A stretch of 64,000 nt of DNA, from NCBI GenBank assembly GCA_904063045.1, contig CAJFCJ010000023.1:496001-560000 (forward strand), written 5' to 3'. The number at the start of each line of letters is the position of its first letter. The first letter of the stretch is position 1. This document shows positions 28,571 to 43,250 of this stretch, in pieces. Both the position numbers and the translations under genes were made by a program. The stretch comes from Dimorphilus gyrociliatus (lineage: Eukaryota; Animalia; Annelida). The notes under the pieces were generated by a model that did not search any database, was not told the DNA's origin, and saw only the letters and a program-made list of their open reading frames with translations.

Positions 28571-31005
28571 AAAATCGTAAAAGAAACGGTAGAAATTCTT
28601 TGAAAAAAAATCACTCTATTTCTCCCTGTACAATCCAGATTAGACACTCAGGCATCCTTTTAGACGCCACTAGAATGGACGATTGGGCCTCCTAGCCCGT
28701 CTTGTCTATATCGTCATTTGCGGAATAACGAGATTTTATCTCATTGCCTAGCGGATTTGTTTGTCGACAATACGCGAGGCGAATAATAAGCAACTAATAT
28801 ATATGTAGAAGGGAATTAAAGGCGTTATGTCCTTCTAAATATCACCAATATCTAGAGAATTTTTATTTCCTTTAAAGAAGAATTGAGAATGGGCTAAAAT
28901 ACGCACTTTTTGTTAGCTATAGACAAGTTTTATTGGTATTTCTTGTATTATTTGTACAAGGACATTGAAGAAGCGTCTAAGATATATACAGTATATATAA
29001 GAGCAATCTTCTGTTGAAATAACCGTCTTTCTCTGACAGTCACTGCCTTTTTTATTCTCTACTTTTTCTTGTTCCTTTTTTCTCAGTCATTCACTCCTTC
29101 CCCTCCCTCTCTATCCACCCACCCATCCACCTACACGTCTTCTTTCTACCTCTCTACAAGTCGCTATCCTATTATCTGCACTTTACTTTTATATACTAGA
29201 AATTATACAGTACAGTTTTCTAATTTAAGAAAAAGGCAATCAACATTTTCACCTAAGAGAGGACGAAACGAGGAACAAATGTCTTGAAAGTAATTTTATT
29301 GTACGAGAAACTCGATGTATAGAAATAAGACCGAAAGAAATGTCTAAAGCATCCATAAAAGGGTGCAATAACTGCAGATAATGTGTCTAATAAAGTTGAT
29401 CTGTGTAGAATATCGATTCATTTACAGTAAAATTAAACTTTATCAGCCTATTTCCGAAAACATGACAAATATGGTATTTTCGTATAATCTACCCGTATTC
29501 GCTTATCCCTTTCCCAACTATTTATAATACTTTTCCTGGTGTTTCTTCTTCCTCTTCCCCATCTTCTTCTCCTTCTTAAATCCCGTTACTTGTAAACTTG
29601 TAATGTTGCTAGTTCATTTATACGGTATACCGTATAAAATTTAACTTTAAGTTTAAGCGTTGAGTTTTCCTATCTACTTAAGTAAAATAGAAAAGAAAAC
29701 GAATAGACGCACCTTTTGAGAGAATAATTTCACCATATTCGGCACGTATATGTAATTAATTAATTCTAAATGTCAATAATGAGAATGATAGGCCCAGCGT
29801 TTATATCTTGCATATGAATAAAGTTTAGGAAAGAGAGAAAAAACCACAACTAATAGATCTATAAAGAGAAAAGAGGCAGGCTATTCTCTTCATTATCGAA
29901 AATTAGTTTTTCAGGCATAAATCCTCGAAAGATTAGGTAGAGGAACGACTTGAAGAGTTTAGTTCATTACAAAGGTTATCCGAACCATAACCCCATTGCT
30001 TAGCCGGTAAGGATTTGTCATAATTTATCAACTATAATGTATATAATATTAAGCGTGCTATTGTATATATAGGCAAACAATTTATTTCTTTTTTATTCCA
30101 TAAACTGCGAGCTGTGTTGAGCCAATGAAAGAATGTTTCTAGTCAGCATTTTAGGATTTCAGAAATAGGCGTACAAAGCGTCTATTTATATAAAATATAT
30201 GAGTAGAGGCACGTATCTTTCTGATTAAGAAGGAAACTGGCTTGCTCGACTTTTTTGCGACCTTCCTGATGGCTAGATAATTCAAGAAGGTCGGGTGTAA
30301 ACAGGGGATTATGCAGTGATAATTGGTATATGCAGACTCAATACGGAAGGTAATCACGAAGCTTTAATTAATAATTTTTAAGTCTATGGCTTATAAAAGT
30401 TTAAAAAATTAATTTAACAAAGTCCATAGGCCGTCAGTATAATAGGCGAAAGTAAGAGTACGAAGACCGTCACAAAACACTGCTGTGAATAAATACAAGA
30501 GTCAAAAAAAAAAGAAGTAAAACAGTCACTTGCTAAATCTATTTCTCTTTCATTTATAAATAAGATGACTTCAGAATTAATACAAAAAACTATTACTTTT
30601 CAGTAATTTTAGATCTACTATATCATGGAAAGAAAAATTATTTGCCTTCTTCATTATAGATGATTGCTGCAACTGCAAAATGAATATGATCACGCAAAGT
30701 ACCATCTTATAAATATTCATAGCACTCACATCATATTTGAAATATCTGTTGAATTTATTTTTAAAAGTAGAGAAAGAAAGAGAATAAAGAGAAAACTGTG
30801 AAATAAAGGAAAAAAAAACAAAAGTGGAAAAGTCCTCCAGCCTGTGAATTTTCATTCCCAAAGGCGATAAATAGATTTGCTAAACGTATTCCAAATGCAA
30901 TAGAATACTTGTAACCTTTCTTTTTCAGTTAAACTAATTAAAGCATATACCAGATACACTGTAAATAAAGTACAGTACACTGTATATAATCCAAATCAGT
31001 AATAT

Positions 31006-31074
<69 letters not shown>

Positions 31075-32037
31075 AATCCTGTTGTTTATCTAATGTAATG
31101 ATATAAAATAGTACATTGTTCAGATATTAATAGACGTATATCTACCTCTATTACTTTATATTATGTAATATAGATACATTTATAAATTTATATACCTCTA
31201 TTTACCGTCTATTTCTACCTTCTTGTACATCTATATATACAGTATATATATATTAATATATACATATACTGCATATTCTATATACTCTATATATAGACTT
31301 TATATGCTTTTTACAAATCATACAAACAGTGTTGACAATAAAATGGAACTAAAGACTTTTTAATTGTTCAAAGAGTTGTTCACATTCATGGAACACCTTT
31401 AAAAATATCATATAAACCAATCAGCTTTCAGGTAGGTTTAACCTTCTTTGAAAAGGAAACCTTGACTTAATATACTGTATATATACATATATATTTACTT
31501 ATATAATATATATATTAGTATGTATATTTAGATGAATAGAGAAGGGTGCTTCCTCAATTAAGAAACATTTCTTCTCTATAATCTCATAACAACGAAATAT
31601 TTGGCTTTAGTTTATGTCCCCAGCTTGTGGTATTTTTACGAGAACATTATATACCTGGTTATGTCTACTCTCAATTTCTCTTATTAATAAATTAGCTATC
31701 AATATATGAATTGCTTTGTAATACGATAGAATTTAAGCATTTGAAAAAGATGTAATTTACTCGATACTAAGCATTTGTTTATTCTGGAATTATTAATGTT
31801 TACATTAGAACCGAAATTCTAGCAGGACTTTACACAAAATGATGAGTAAATAGAGATAAAAACTAGAAATATAGACGAAATTGTGTAGTATAACAGTACA
31901 TAAAAAAACATGGTAAAAAAAGGAAAAAGAAAGGAATTCTATGCTTTTTAAAAGTCATATTTCAATGTAAAAAAAAAGGAAACACAGAGACAGAGAGTAA
32001 GCGGGAGAGTGTGTGAGTAAGTAAGGAAACGATGATG

Positions 32038-32070
<33 letters not shown>

Positions 32071-35000
32071 GGAGGAGTGAAGAGAGTTAATATATACTTT
32101 ATTATATACAGTATATTCTGTACTGTATACTATGTATATAACAAATATTTATTATATATTAATATATACTGCAAATCATGTCGATAATCGATTACTATTA
32201 TCATAATGATTAATATTATCATCAAGTTATTATACGAAATGCTGTACCCTACATTAAACAGTACTAATTTATATCTTTGTACGATTTTAATAGATTTATA
32301 AATGATAAATATGTATATTGAAGATAATATTATGAAAATCAATTAAAGTTCTGTTCGAACGATGGAAAAAAGAGAAACCAAAGCAATAAAAAACAACTTT
32401 TACTTGTAATAAGACTTTATCGGAAAATAGTAACGATTTTATATAAATTACGTCATAGCTGAAATTCTCAACGTATTTAAAGTGGATAATTGAGTGGTGA
32501 TGCGTAGGCGAAAAAGTAATTGTATAATTTTTATGCCAGCTATATACTGTTACAGGTCTCAGCTTATGAGATAGGTAAAGTAATAAGAAGATGATGTCTC
32601 CCTTTAGTATTATAAGTATTATACTGTATAACACGTGTATGGTCTTTAATTTCCGCTGAAAAAACAAATTATGTTGTATTAGAGAGGGGCTAAGGAGAAT
32701 TTACTCTTTATATATCATCAAGATGATCATAGGAATTATGCAAGTACGTTATCTTGTCTGGTGATTGATTCCTAGGCCGAAGGCTATACCATTCTAATAT
32801 TCCGTTACATTTTCCTCTTTCCTTTAGCTCGGATAATTTCGTCAATGTAAATAAATAAATAAACAAATAAAGGGAAAAAACATTGTAGATAAATTAATAA
32901 ACGTCGAGTATCGCTTATTATTCCAAGTCTACACAATTAATCGAATAAAAAGGAATTAACCTCTTTAGTATACTGGACAACTGTATTGCCCTAGAAGAAA
33001 TTGTTTAATTGTCTTTTATACAGGCTATAGCACCTACGTGAAATCCATAAACAAAATATGTTGAAGACCTAACTAAACTCGCAGAGAGTCTCTTTTTCTC
33101 TTCTGTTTTTCTCTATCGAGAGCCGTTAAGAGATAAGCTCAAGTAACAATTATACTACAATTTATATCTATTGCGCCTTTTATTTTCTTCCTAGACAACT
33201 TTGTCTGTCTTATGGAGGAATAATAATTATAATTCTAGTAAATCTAAAATACCAAAAGTGTATAGTATTATACCGTCATGTAAGAAAAAAGTTGACTAAT
33301 CTCTCTTAGAATATCATCAGGATTTGGAGAAGACAAGTAATAGTCTAAGTGTAAGAAGACTTTAATTTGCACTTGGTAAAAGATGAAGAATTATGCGACA
33401 TATTAAGAAAATGAGGATCGAATTAAGAGCCTTTTACCAAGGCTTTGAAAGCAGTACCATTAAAACAAAGCCTTTGGCAAAGATTATCACATATGTTCTA
33501 TCTCACAATTATATCATTTCATTTAATCTTTTATCTGCTAGTTTTACAAATACGATTGTAAATAAATGAGTGTTAATACACTACAGTCATTTACGTATAC
33601 CTTATACAGTATACCCCAAATTTAATGTACATTCTAGTACGCAGAGTCTTTTTTTTATACAATTACTCGGCATTTATACTTATTTCAATGGGCATATACG
33701 TATAGTAGATGCCGGAAAGATTATAGAATATAGAAGCATTAAAGAGGAACTAAAGAGGAGACGCTACCTTTTCTCCTTGTCTAGTATATTAAAATGTAAA
33801 AATGTGATAAGAATTTAATTACAATTTCCTATTTTTTTCTGTAACGAAATATTATTATTATTAATAATAAGAAAACATGTAAGAATATACTCTTAATGCT
33901 CAAATATACGTTGAAAGAAGTCAAAAGCTTTCCCTCTCACTACTAAAAGCAACATCAAAGTCAGAAAAACACGAACTATGCCCCTTAGGTGTACGCAATG
34001 TATGTATATAAATAAATAGGTAATATGTACGGAGTATAAAACCATGTATTAGTCTACTGTATACTCTATATTTATTATAAGTTAGTAATGATTAGCAGTA
34101 GAATATATATACTATACTGTATATTTGAGATATATTCTTATAAGAAGGTATACAATGTTATATATACTTAATAATCATATTTAACTTTCATTAAATAAAG
34201 TATATTTCCTTTATACAGTGTTTATATATACATATACTGCATAAATTTTCAGTTTATTAGCACACCTATACTTTGACAACATAATACAATAAATGCCTAA
34301 TCGCTTCTTTCTCTACGATATTAAGATGCCTTTTCAAAGTTGAATACTTTCTCTTCTGCATCGAAATGATATTGCTAATTAAAACATAAAGAGATATAAT
34401 TTTTCCATTGATTTTATAACCCTAATTTTCCACTTCATTTCGACATCAAAGAAGAAAAGCCCCTTTTTATATTCGAAAGAAGTTACAAAACGTAAATATC
34501 GCCATTGTTGAATAATGCTTCTTAAACTAATTTCATAGAGCATTAAAGGCATTGAATAGTAACAAAAGTAACATTTGATGTAAAATCAATTACCTTATGA
34601 TTTTTAGGCCTAGTGAAAATAATAGGAAAACTAGAGGTAAGTCTCTTCTGGCTTCAGGAAATTGGCCTTAAGCCATTTTCTTAGCCTTCTATTTAATAAT
34701 TAAGGAAAATTAGCTCCAAGGTTGTGTTTTTCCATTGTTCACCATTCATTGTTATTATTTTATTAAAATTTTTAAGTGAATTTGAAGATGGGAAGTGAAT
34801 ATTAATTTAGTCTATAAATTAGATAGAGAGAGAGAGAAAGAGAGAGATAGAGACTGAGACAAAGATAGATATATATAAAGTATATATACTAATATATAAA
34901 GAATATGCAATCCATTAATATAGGGTTTCTTTGTAAGATGATTTTTATGTTATCTAACAGGTGAACAACCAAATTGAATCTTAAATTTTGTTTACGAAAT

Positions 35001-37752
35001 CCAACAAGATATTTTTCAAATAGAAAACATAGTTTCCGTTAGCATGTACTTGATTTAGTTCAACGAAACAGTTTGACAGGTCTCTAAACCAATCGCGAAA
35101 TGCAAATAAAAGAAAAAATTAGCTGTAAGCTTTTTCTATAGGTCTAAGCAAATCAGAGGAAAAAGATTCCTGTTTAATGAAAGGCCTATATTTGGAAACG
35201 CTAAAAGCCTGCAAATGCAAGGTTTGTGGTAAAAAAAAAACAATTAAATCGAGACTATTGTCCCCGTTGTTCAAATTACTGAAACAAATTATTCGGATTA
35301 CGATTATTGCTTCAGCAAGTGAATAGGAAAAAGAGATAAAAACAGCAAAGAAAAAAGGTGCTAGAACACACAAGCGAAGACAGAGAAATAGAGAATGATT
35401 GAGAAGGGAAAATGAACAATGTCCTAAATACCGTACGACTCTTTCTGTATAAATATGCAGACTTACATTTATATATATAATATATATTATATATATATTA
35501 TATATATATATATAACTTATTCAGATTAATTTAACAACAACAAAAAGAGAGGCAAACGAATGATACAATAAAGACTAGAAACAACCATCATCCCTACTTT
35601 ATTCTCTTCCATCTTCTTAACTTCCATTATCTTCTCGAAAGGAAACGAAATTCTTACAAAATAAATAATTCAAGTATTTATAACCAAAGAAAAGTACAAG
35701 TTTATTACTTAATATTGCCTGGGTGGCACGTTAATTTCTAACACGACAGATGTCGGTATAATCAAGAGATTATTAGGGCTAGAAAATAGTATTAAAGAGT
35801 AAAATGATTGGAAATCGAACTATTTATCTATTATTATAGGATTAATGGTTTGGCGTTGAATTAGCGGGTGGAACTATTGAATGCATACGATTTAATTACT
35901 GCAAATATGCAGGATACTACACCTGTAAAATTAATACAGGCACCTAAAAGCCAATAACGGAGACAACTTTCCTGTAGAAATGCAAAAAAGGATTAGATCT
36001 TGAATACGCCAGCCAACAATACTAATATTCCTAACAACAATATCTTCATAGCCTATCCAGCTCGATAACTCGTCATTCAGACAAGAATTTGAATTCATTT
36101 AACTCCTTTCCGAAGGCATCAAAGAAAATATGATCGTTTGCTACTGGTTAACATTCATTTTCGTCAAATCCCTTTACGATAGGAAAAAGCGACGCTGCTC
36201 GACTGGGCCGGATTTCCGCCAGGTATATAGGCCTTTTTATCACTACTGAAAAGCGAGACGCTAAACCTTTAATGCTTTCATGATTTATTTGCGTTGTATA
36301 AATTTATTTTGGGGACGTAGTGTAGTTTTATTTAGTTAAACGAATGGACCAACAATCTTGAATGCTCTTCTCTGCTTCTTATCTCTCGTTTTTTTATTAT
36401 TTCATTAAAGAATCTAAATTAGGATTTATATAGAAAATTTTTTCTTTCGTTTTCTTCTCCGCCCCAACTTATCTTCATTTGTATTCTCAATACAACTCTT
36501 TTTCATATGAATAAGACTATATAGGCCTTGATAATTTCTTAAGAATTCTTTTAACGTTCTTATTATTATTTATGTCTTTGCTTTCTATTGTTCCCTAGTT
36601 AAAAATGAAAAGAAAGAATGTAGAGAAGGGATAAAAAGAGAAGGAATAGGGCTAAAGATAGATAGAGAGATAGAGACAGAGACGGAGACAGCTAGTACTT
36701 CAAATAGGCAAGAAGAGGAAGAGGAGGAGGAAAACAAGGTGACCAAAGACTAAGAATAGAAAGAACAAGGTCAACATACTAAATAGTTCAAGTTTCTTCT
36801 TTTAACGACTAAATTATTTACCCAATACGAACGAACATTTCAGTTATAAATAGTGAAGTATAGTTTATGTAAATACTAAGGTTATCCTCATTTAATTCCA
36901 ATCAAAAAAAAGTCGTTCATCATAAAAGTGCTCTTTAGTCTTCTTTGGAGAACATTGTCCTTGAGAAATAGTGACATCTATTGTATTTCGAAGTGTATTT
37001 ATGTTGGTAGGAATAATAGGCAAAACAAGGTAAAATAGATTAACTCCAAGCTCTGGAAAATTTTCCAAAAAGAAGGAGCTGTCAGTGTTAATTATAAAAA
37101 ATCCCTGTACCATTTTCTTTTTTCTACAAGGCCTTAGAATAATTATTATTTTCATGGTGAAAAAGAAAGAGTTGGCAGAAAGAAAGATAGAAAGAAAGAG
37201 AGAGAGAGAGAGAGAGAAAAGACTACTTTTTTATTTTTTAGTAAGAATTTTTTTCCAGCTTTGTAGGCAAATACTTATTTCTTGTGATCAAAGCGATCTG
37301 TACCGGTTTATAGGTAGGCCTGATTGAAAGACAAAACAAAAAAAAGACACGCATTTAATACCGCATGCACACGCACGTGACTTGACATTATTTGTCAATA
37401 AATAAGGTTTATGATAAAATATTAAATATACTATGTATATATATAATGTTTATTACTGCAAAACAAGAGAGTTATAAGGAAAAGACAAAGGGAAAAGTGT
37501 CATTTATTGACGTTTTAAAAATGGAGGATAGAAGACAAATGAAAAAATAAGTAAAGAGAAAGATTAATAATCATGAAAAACGAAGAAGAAATTATAAGAG
37601 AAGGGAAGTTTTAATCGTACTAGGGAAATAAAAAATGAGAGTCACGTAGCTGTGAAATATATTAAATAACCGTTCTATAATAGGACGAGAAAATAGATCC
37701 GCATTATTTTTTCAAATTTAATTACTTAAAAAGTGAAAGAATTTTTAAATTA

Positions 37753-37785
<33 letters not shown>

Positions 37786-38433
37786 GTCTCTTATAGAGAA
37801 ATCATTTAAATAAGATTTCAGGTGAAAGGAGAAGTTTTGGGTACAAAATACTATTCCAATTAGATGAGTTACATATAATACGATATGTGGAATGGAATTT
37901 CTTTGCAGATTTTAGAAACGTTTAACTGTATACATTTTACCATAAGAGGTATACCGTACACAATATGTCTATTATACACTTTATACTTTATACTTCATAT
38001 AGGCAGTACATACTTTGAAATAATAGATCAAATGTATATTCGAGTAAAAGCATATTTTTTTCTCCATATATATTTTATCTTGTAGAACAAAGCTTTATAT
38101 AAAATGCATATTCTACAAAAATAATGCAGTTGTATTAAGTTCTTTATTAACTACACAATGTAAAAAGTTTATTTTCAATTGTATACATTACTGCAGTAGT
38201 TTCTCTAGTTTACCAAGGCAAACATAACTAGATCTTCGTCTTCCATTCGTCCTTTCAACTATCTATTAAATAATAAATATAATTAATAGAGTTTGACTGT
38301 TCGAGGTCAAACTATTACTTTAATCAATAATTAGAGTAAGAAGAAAACTGAATAAGAAAGAAATAGAGAGAGGAAAGTAGATCCTTTCTTGTATTTTCTT
38401 TCAGTAGTTTCACTTCTAGAAATATTAGCGGAA

Positions 38434-41400
38434 ATGAAAACATTTCGAGATATCGACATTAATGTAAATGCGGAAAAGAATTTCTATACAGTACGTGATC
38501 TTTGAGAAAAAAATAGAAAAAGCATTTTACTAGTCCTCTCTTTAACAGATCTATTAGCATAAAATAGTGCTGTAGGCTTAGCCAAAGGTGAAAAGGAACG
38601 TCTTATAAAACCGAGTAAATTTTTAATTCGAATGCCAAAATTTTCAAGTCTCGTCAAGTTTTCGCTTTTTTTTGTGTCTAAAATAGAAAGGCAAAAAACA
38701 AGACTCTACTTTACCTTTTTATCAAGTTTTATGTGTTTTTATCGAGCTTCATTACCTGCAGCAATTCACTAACAAACTATACTACTATTTAACTCCTATT
38801 CCGCTTGGATAACAAAAATTACTCTTGTCAATTATAACCTCTTTATAGTTCTATATTTAAGCATCTTTTCAAGATTAATAAACCGCTCTCATTCCCCACT
38901 CCTTCTCCCCGCAATATGAATTTATATAAACGTTAAGATGACAGTGAAACTGTGTCCTTTAGATTGATTAGTGCGTATCTTATTAAAAGCAATTAACTTA
39001 GTTTTTCGTATTGTTAACAATCCGCTTTTAAAGTCAATTTATAAACATAAGATATAAATAGATATTTCCTAATATTAGGTTAAATAGACAAAAAAACTTT
39101 GTCTTTTACTTATTAAATAAAGGCGTGTGGGTGGTATTTTTTTTCTTTTTAGTCTAATTCATCTTTATATCAACTATTGACAAAAAACATTTGTACTGTA
39201 CGTGACTTTTGCCAGAAATTTGAACATTTCAAGATATTTTCTACACAGATCAACATGCAAGTTGACCGCTCTAGTTCTGAAATTTGTCAAATTATCAAAG
39301 AACATGAAATCCTATTAAAAAACCTTCAAGAATGCGACGATCAGAGAGCTCATTCTCTGGAAAATAGTTTATTATGCTTCGGTCGAATATCTGCAATTTG
39401 TTCACTGGAAAAGGGAATTTCCGTAAGTTGTTTGTAATCATAAGAAAGTTAAGCTAAAAGGGAACCTAACAAAAATTAGTGGATGTTATTATTTGCGATG
39501 TAAATATTCGAATATTCTCAATAATTTTGTCCATTGTAGATACTCCACAATGATATAATTATGAGAGCTTGTAAAATGGCAGAGGATACAGGAATTGAAG
39601 ATCAAGGAATTGAAGAAGCATGGAAAAGGGTTGATCATATTATTGAGACATGTTTGAAGACTCACGCCCGAAATGCTGGAGAATATCATAAATTTCATTA
39701 CTTATGCACCTCTTTAGAAAAATTCCTTCCAAGGCAAAAATGAATTTTCCCAGGAAAAGATCCCCCTCCCCCTCCCCCTTTTCAGCCTAGTGTATTCTAG
39801 TATAATCTATAGCCTTTGTAAGAGACAAAATTACTAAAATATAAAAGAGTCATCTTCTGATAGGCAAATAGAGAACAAATTTGAAATATATATCGACTAT
39901 GTAGACAAAGAAACAGGGAGAGAGAGAGAGATAGAAAGATGGGAGACAGAGAGAATGAAAAATAGAAACGGACACAGAGACAGAGAGAGACATATGCAGA
40001 TAGACAGAAAAAAAGAAAATAAGAGAAGCAAGGAGGAAGGAAGTGAATAGAGAGTGTAGGGAAGGTGGGAAATTTTTTCCCTCAAGTCTTAATACCCGTC
40101 ACGACGATCCTTTCTCTTCTAATTGATAATAAGCCAATTAAAAAAAGGATATATTTTTAAAGAAATTTTCTTGCTTGGGTCGGCAAAAAAACAGTTAAAA
40201 AAATACGAAACCTTCTCTTAAAGCTAATTAAAATAAAAACAATCTATCTATCTTCATTAAATCAAAAGAAAAAGGCACAGAGAATTCCAAGTTATTTCGT
40301 TTTTAACCTTTTCTCATAATAAATGTTATAAATGGGCTACTTTTAACTATTTATGATAATCAAAAAGAATAAAAATTACCAGTGACAGATAGAGATAGAC
40401 AGAAAGAGAGAGAGAAAGAGAGAGAGAGATGGAGATATAAAAAAGAAAAAGTCCCAAAACTTCAACAACTTTTTTCTTTAATGCAATGCAATAAGAAATA
40501 CTTAGGTGTAATTTTGTTGGGGGAGTGGGTTCTCATGGGATAACCATTTCTGCCGGAAGTTCTTTAAAACCCAATGAAACCAACTTGCTAAAAGGCCTGC
40601 AAAAAACGCTATCTGCTTGCACTGAATGGCGTTTAAAGGTCGACCGCCTGGAATCTTTAAGCCGGCATCTAACTCCAATTCGCGCCCGACTGACGCCCTT
40701 ATCACAGCCAATGGAAGGCCGTCTTCTGTGCAACCTGTCCCTAGGCGAGAAAAAATGCCGACCAGGCGACCGATTGGCCGTTATTGATAATCGTTCTGTT
40801 AATTGGATTGTAAAATTGGAAAAGTTCGACGGAAGTGTCGCAGAAGTACCCAGTTTAATGATACAATTGGTCGGTATGGATGATGACGCCAGAGGGCGAT
40901 GTCTGTCGATTAGAAAAAAATTTGAGAAATTATGGACAAAAAGTGTCATTGAATGGAGTAGACTATTCCTCAGGTTATATACATTTTATATTCATTGACA
41001 TCTTTTCATGTTTTATCTTCTTTTTCCCTAATTTTACTCTATCAACTTCAAACTAAAAACATAAATTTACTTGATATATTTACAAAGTAGGAATTACAGT
41101 TATGTTACTCGAGTGGGGAACATTTTGGACATTTTGTATTATTTATCGCATCATTAGACCAAACAACATCCGGTTTTTCTTTTTAAAATCATAATTTATG
41201 GAGAGAGATGAAAATTAATTTAGATAGAAGGGATAGTTCTTGTCAAACCCAACAGTTTCTCCCATCCTTCCGCTTAATCATTTTTTAATTAATCGCTAGT
41301 AGTTCTCATTTAATGTTGGCCCTAAAAGAAACTCTTTCTTTTTTATGTTGAAAATTTTGCGCTAATTCATCTTTATTACTTTTTTTAATGTCTTCTTTTA

Positions 41401-43250
41401 TTTTTCTAGCCCGTTTTATCTTTATCTCTTCCCCTCCCCCTCTCTCTCCATCTCTCTATCCCTCTATAATAATCATATTAACGCTAATGACGCAACTATC
41501 GTAACAACTACTATTACACCCCTAATACTAATGCTAATAGTACTACTTCTACTGCAACATTAACCGCAATAATTTTACAGCAATATGCTATCATAGTTCC
41601 AATTTTATTTTTAGGTACTTAAATGGTGCTAACGTTGAAAGTTCTACGAGAGAAGACAAACAACGCCATCTAGAGTTTATTCGAGTAGCTAAAAATGAGA
41701 TAGGCCTTGTGGAGAATGGGGAAGAATTCCATGAAATTTTCGATAGATTAAATAAGGCAGTTAGAGGCGATAAGAAATTCTCAGATTTGGACGAACTAAA
41801 TCGAATTCTTACAACTTTTAAAGCTTTTATTTCCCAATGGAAAGTTTACGCTGGAGAATTGGACAAACTACCGGAAGAAGAAAAAAACTTAATAGAATCA
41901 CCTAAAATAGAATATGTTATCGAAGATCCTATCGAGCAAAACTTGAATGGCAGCTATATAACCACTCAAACTAAACTTGAAGAGAACCGGCAGACAGTAA
42001 CAAGAAAGACGATTTATTGCGAAATCGATCCGAATAACTTTGATAATCCTATTAGCGATCAATCGACCCAGAACAACCATTCCGCATCAAAACTCAAAGT
42101 AGATTTATCAGATTCTTCACAATTGAATCATCCAGCTTCTTTAAAGGCGCACAATCTGAAAGATTTCGAACCGGAAGAAGAAATTGCACAACTTTCGACC
42201 TCAACTATTTCTTCAAATTGTACTCCGGATAGTTTTCGACAAAATGCCAATGCAAACAATAAAGAAGCCACATTGGAGAATTCTGATAAGCCTCTTTGTA
42301 AGGCCTATACAACTAATGGAGACAGAGGCTTATCAGTTTTGTATTTGGACGAAGTAGACGATAGTATTGGAAAAGTTTCGGAAGAAGATAAGGTTCCCTA
42401 TCAAACATCGACAAGCGAAAAGAACGAAATTAAAATAGGTCAATCCAATAAGAATACTGCTAAAAGAGCACGCGAAGAAGGTATTAAAAAGAAGAATTTA
42501 CAATTTGGTCAACTTCAGCAGGAAGATATAAAAAATGATTCTACTTCCTCCTTGTCAATTGTAGGCGCAGAAACGACAATTGGGTCAATTGAACCAGTAA
42601 AAACTCTAAGTACTGCTGTTGTTGCTGAAACTAATCAATTGGTTAGTGCGGAACAAGAGGAAACAAGCAAGTTTGTAATAACTGCAGTAATTCATCCTAG
42701 TACCAGACGTAGAATAGACTTACAACAAGCGGTTAAGGAAGGTATTATCCGAAGTGACCGTGGAGTCTACATTGATAGGATTAAAGGAAAAGAAATACCA
42801 ATTGCTGAAGCAATGAATAACGGCTTAATAATTGTAGAAAATGTAACAAAGGAATTAGGAAGAGAAAAATATCACGACATGGGACTAATAACAATTCAAG
42901 ATGGAAAAGGTCAATCTATGACCTTTGCTATAAGATCAATTGTTGACGAAAAGTTAAACAAGAAAATACCGTTCACAGAAGCGATAAATAAAGGATTACT
43001 GAACAAGGAAACGGGAGTTTACCTTTTAAATAAGAGTAATCAGGAATTAGAATTACCCGAAGCGGTTAAAAAAGGCTACGTAAAGGCTCAAGTTATTGAC
43101 AATCCGTCCTCCTTGGACGGTATTCACCCTCACAACGTAGTTGTGGTTGAAAAAGTTTCAGCCATTAAGAAGAAGATGTTAAAGCCGATGGCTGTGGTTA
43201 ATAGCATGAAAAAGAGTGCCGAAGAAGGAAGTAATAAAAAAGAGCACTAA
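38434..43250 (+). CDS. Short plakin-family protein, ~840 aa (partial plakin domain with SH3, low-complexity linker, ~4 plectin repeats). Exons 38434-38490 (tentative), 39249-39422, 39540-39733, 40506-40973, 41615-43250
   Basis: IEEAWKRVDHIIETCLKTHARNAGEYHKFH resembles the plakin spectrin-repeat motif W...CIDVHLKENAAYFQFF. LTPIRAR...GRLLCN...GDRLAVIDN...W...EVPSLMI resembles the plakin SH3. The C-terminal VIHPSTRRRIDLQQAVKEGII...IPIAEAMNNGLI occurs twice as plectin-repeat doublets. Frames join, provided a GC donor at 39734 is used. The first exon is uncertain. Confidence 0.8.

Noticed and set aside
30258-30293. Hairpin CGACCTTC...GAAGGTCG
   Set aside because: Only 8+3 bp, too short for a pre-miRNA, and no family context.
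41467-41610. Thr/Asn-rich coding-looking stretch before the last plakin exon
   Set aside because: A decayed ACT/AAT trinucleotide repeat that shifts frame and has no usable splice sites.
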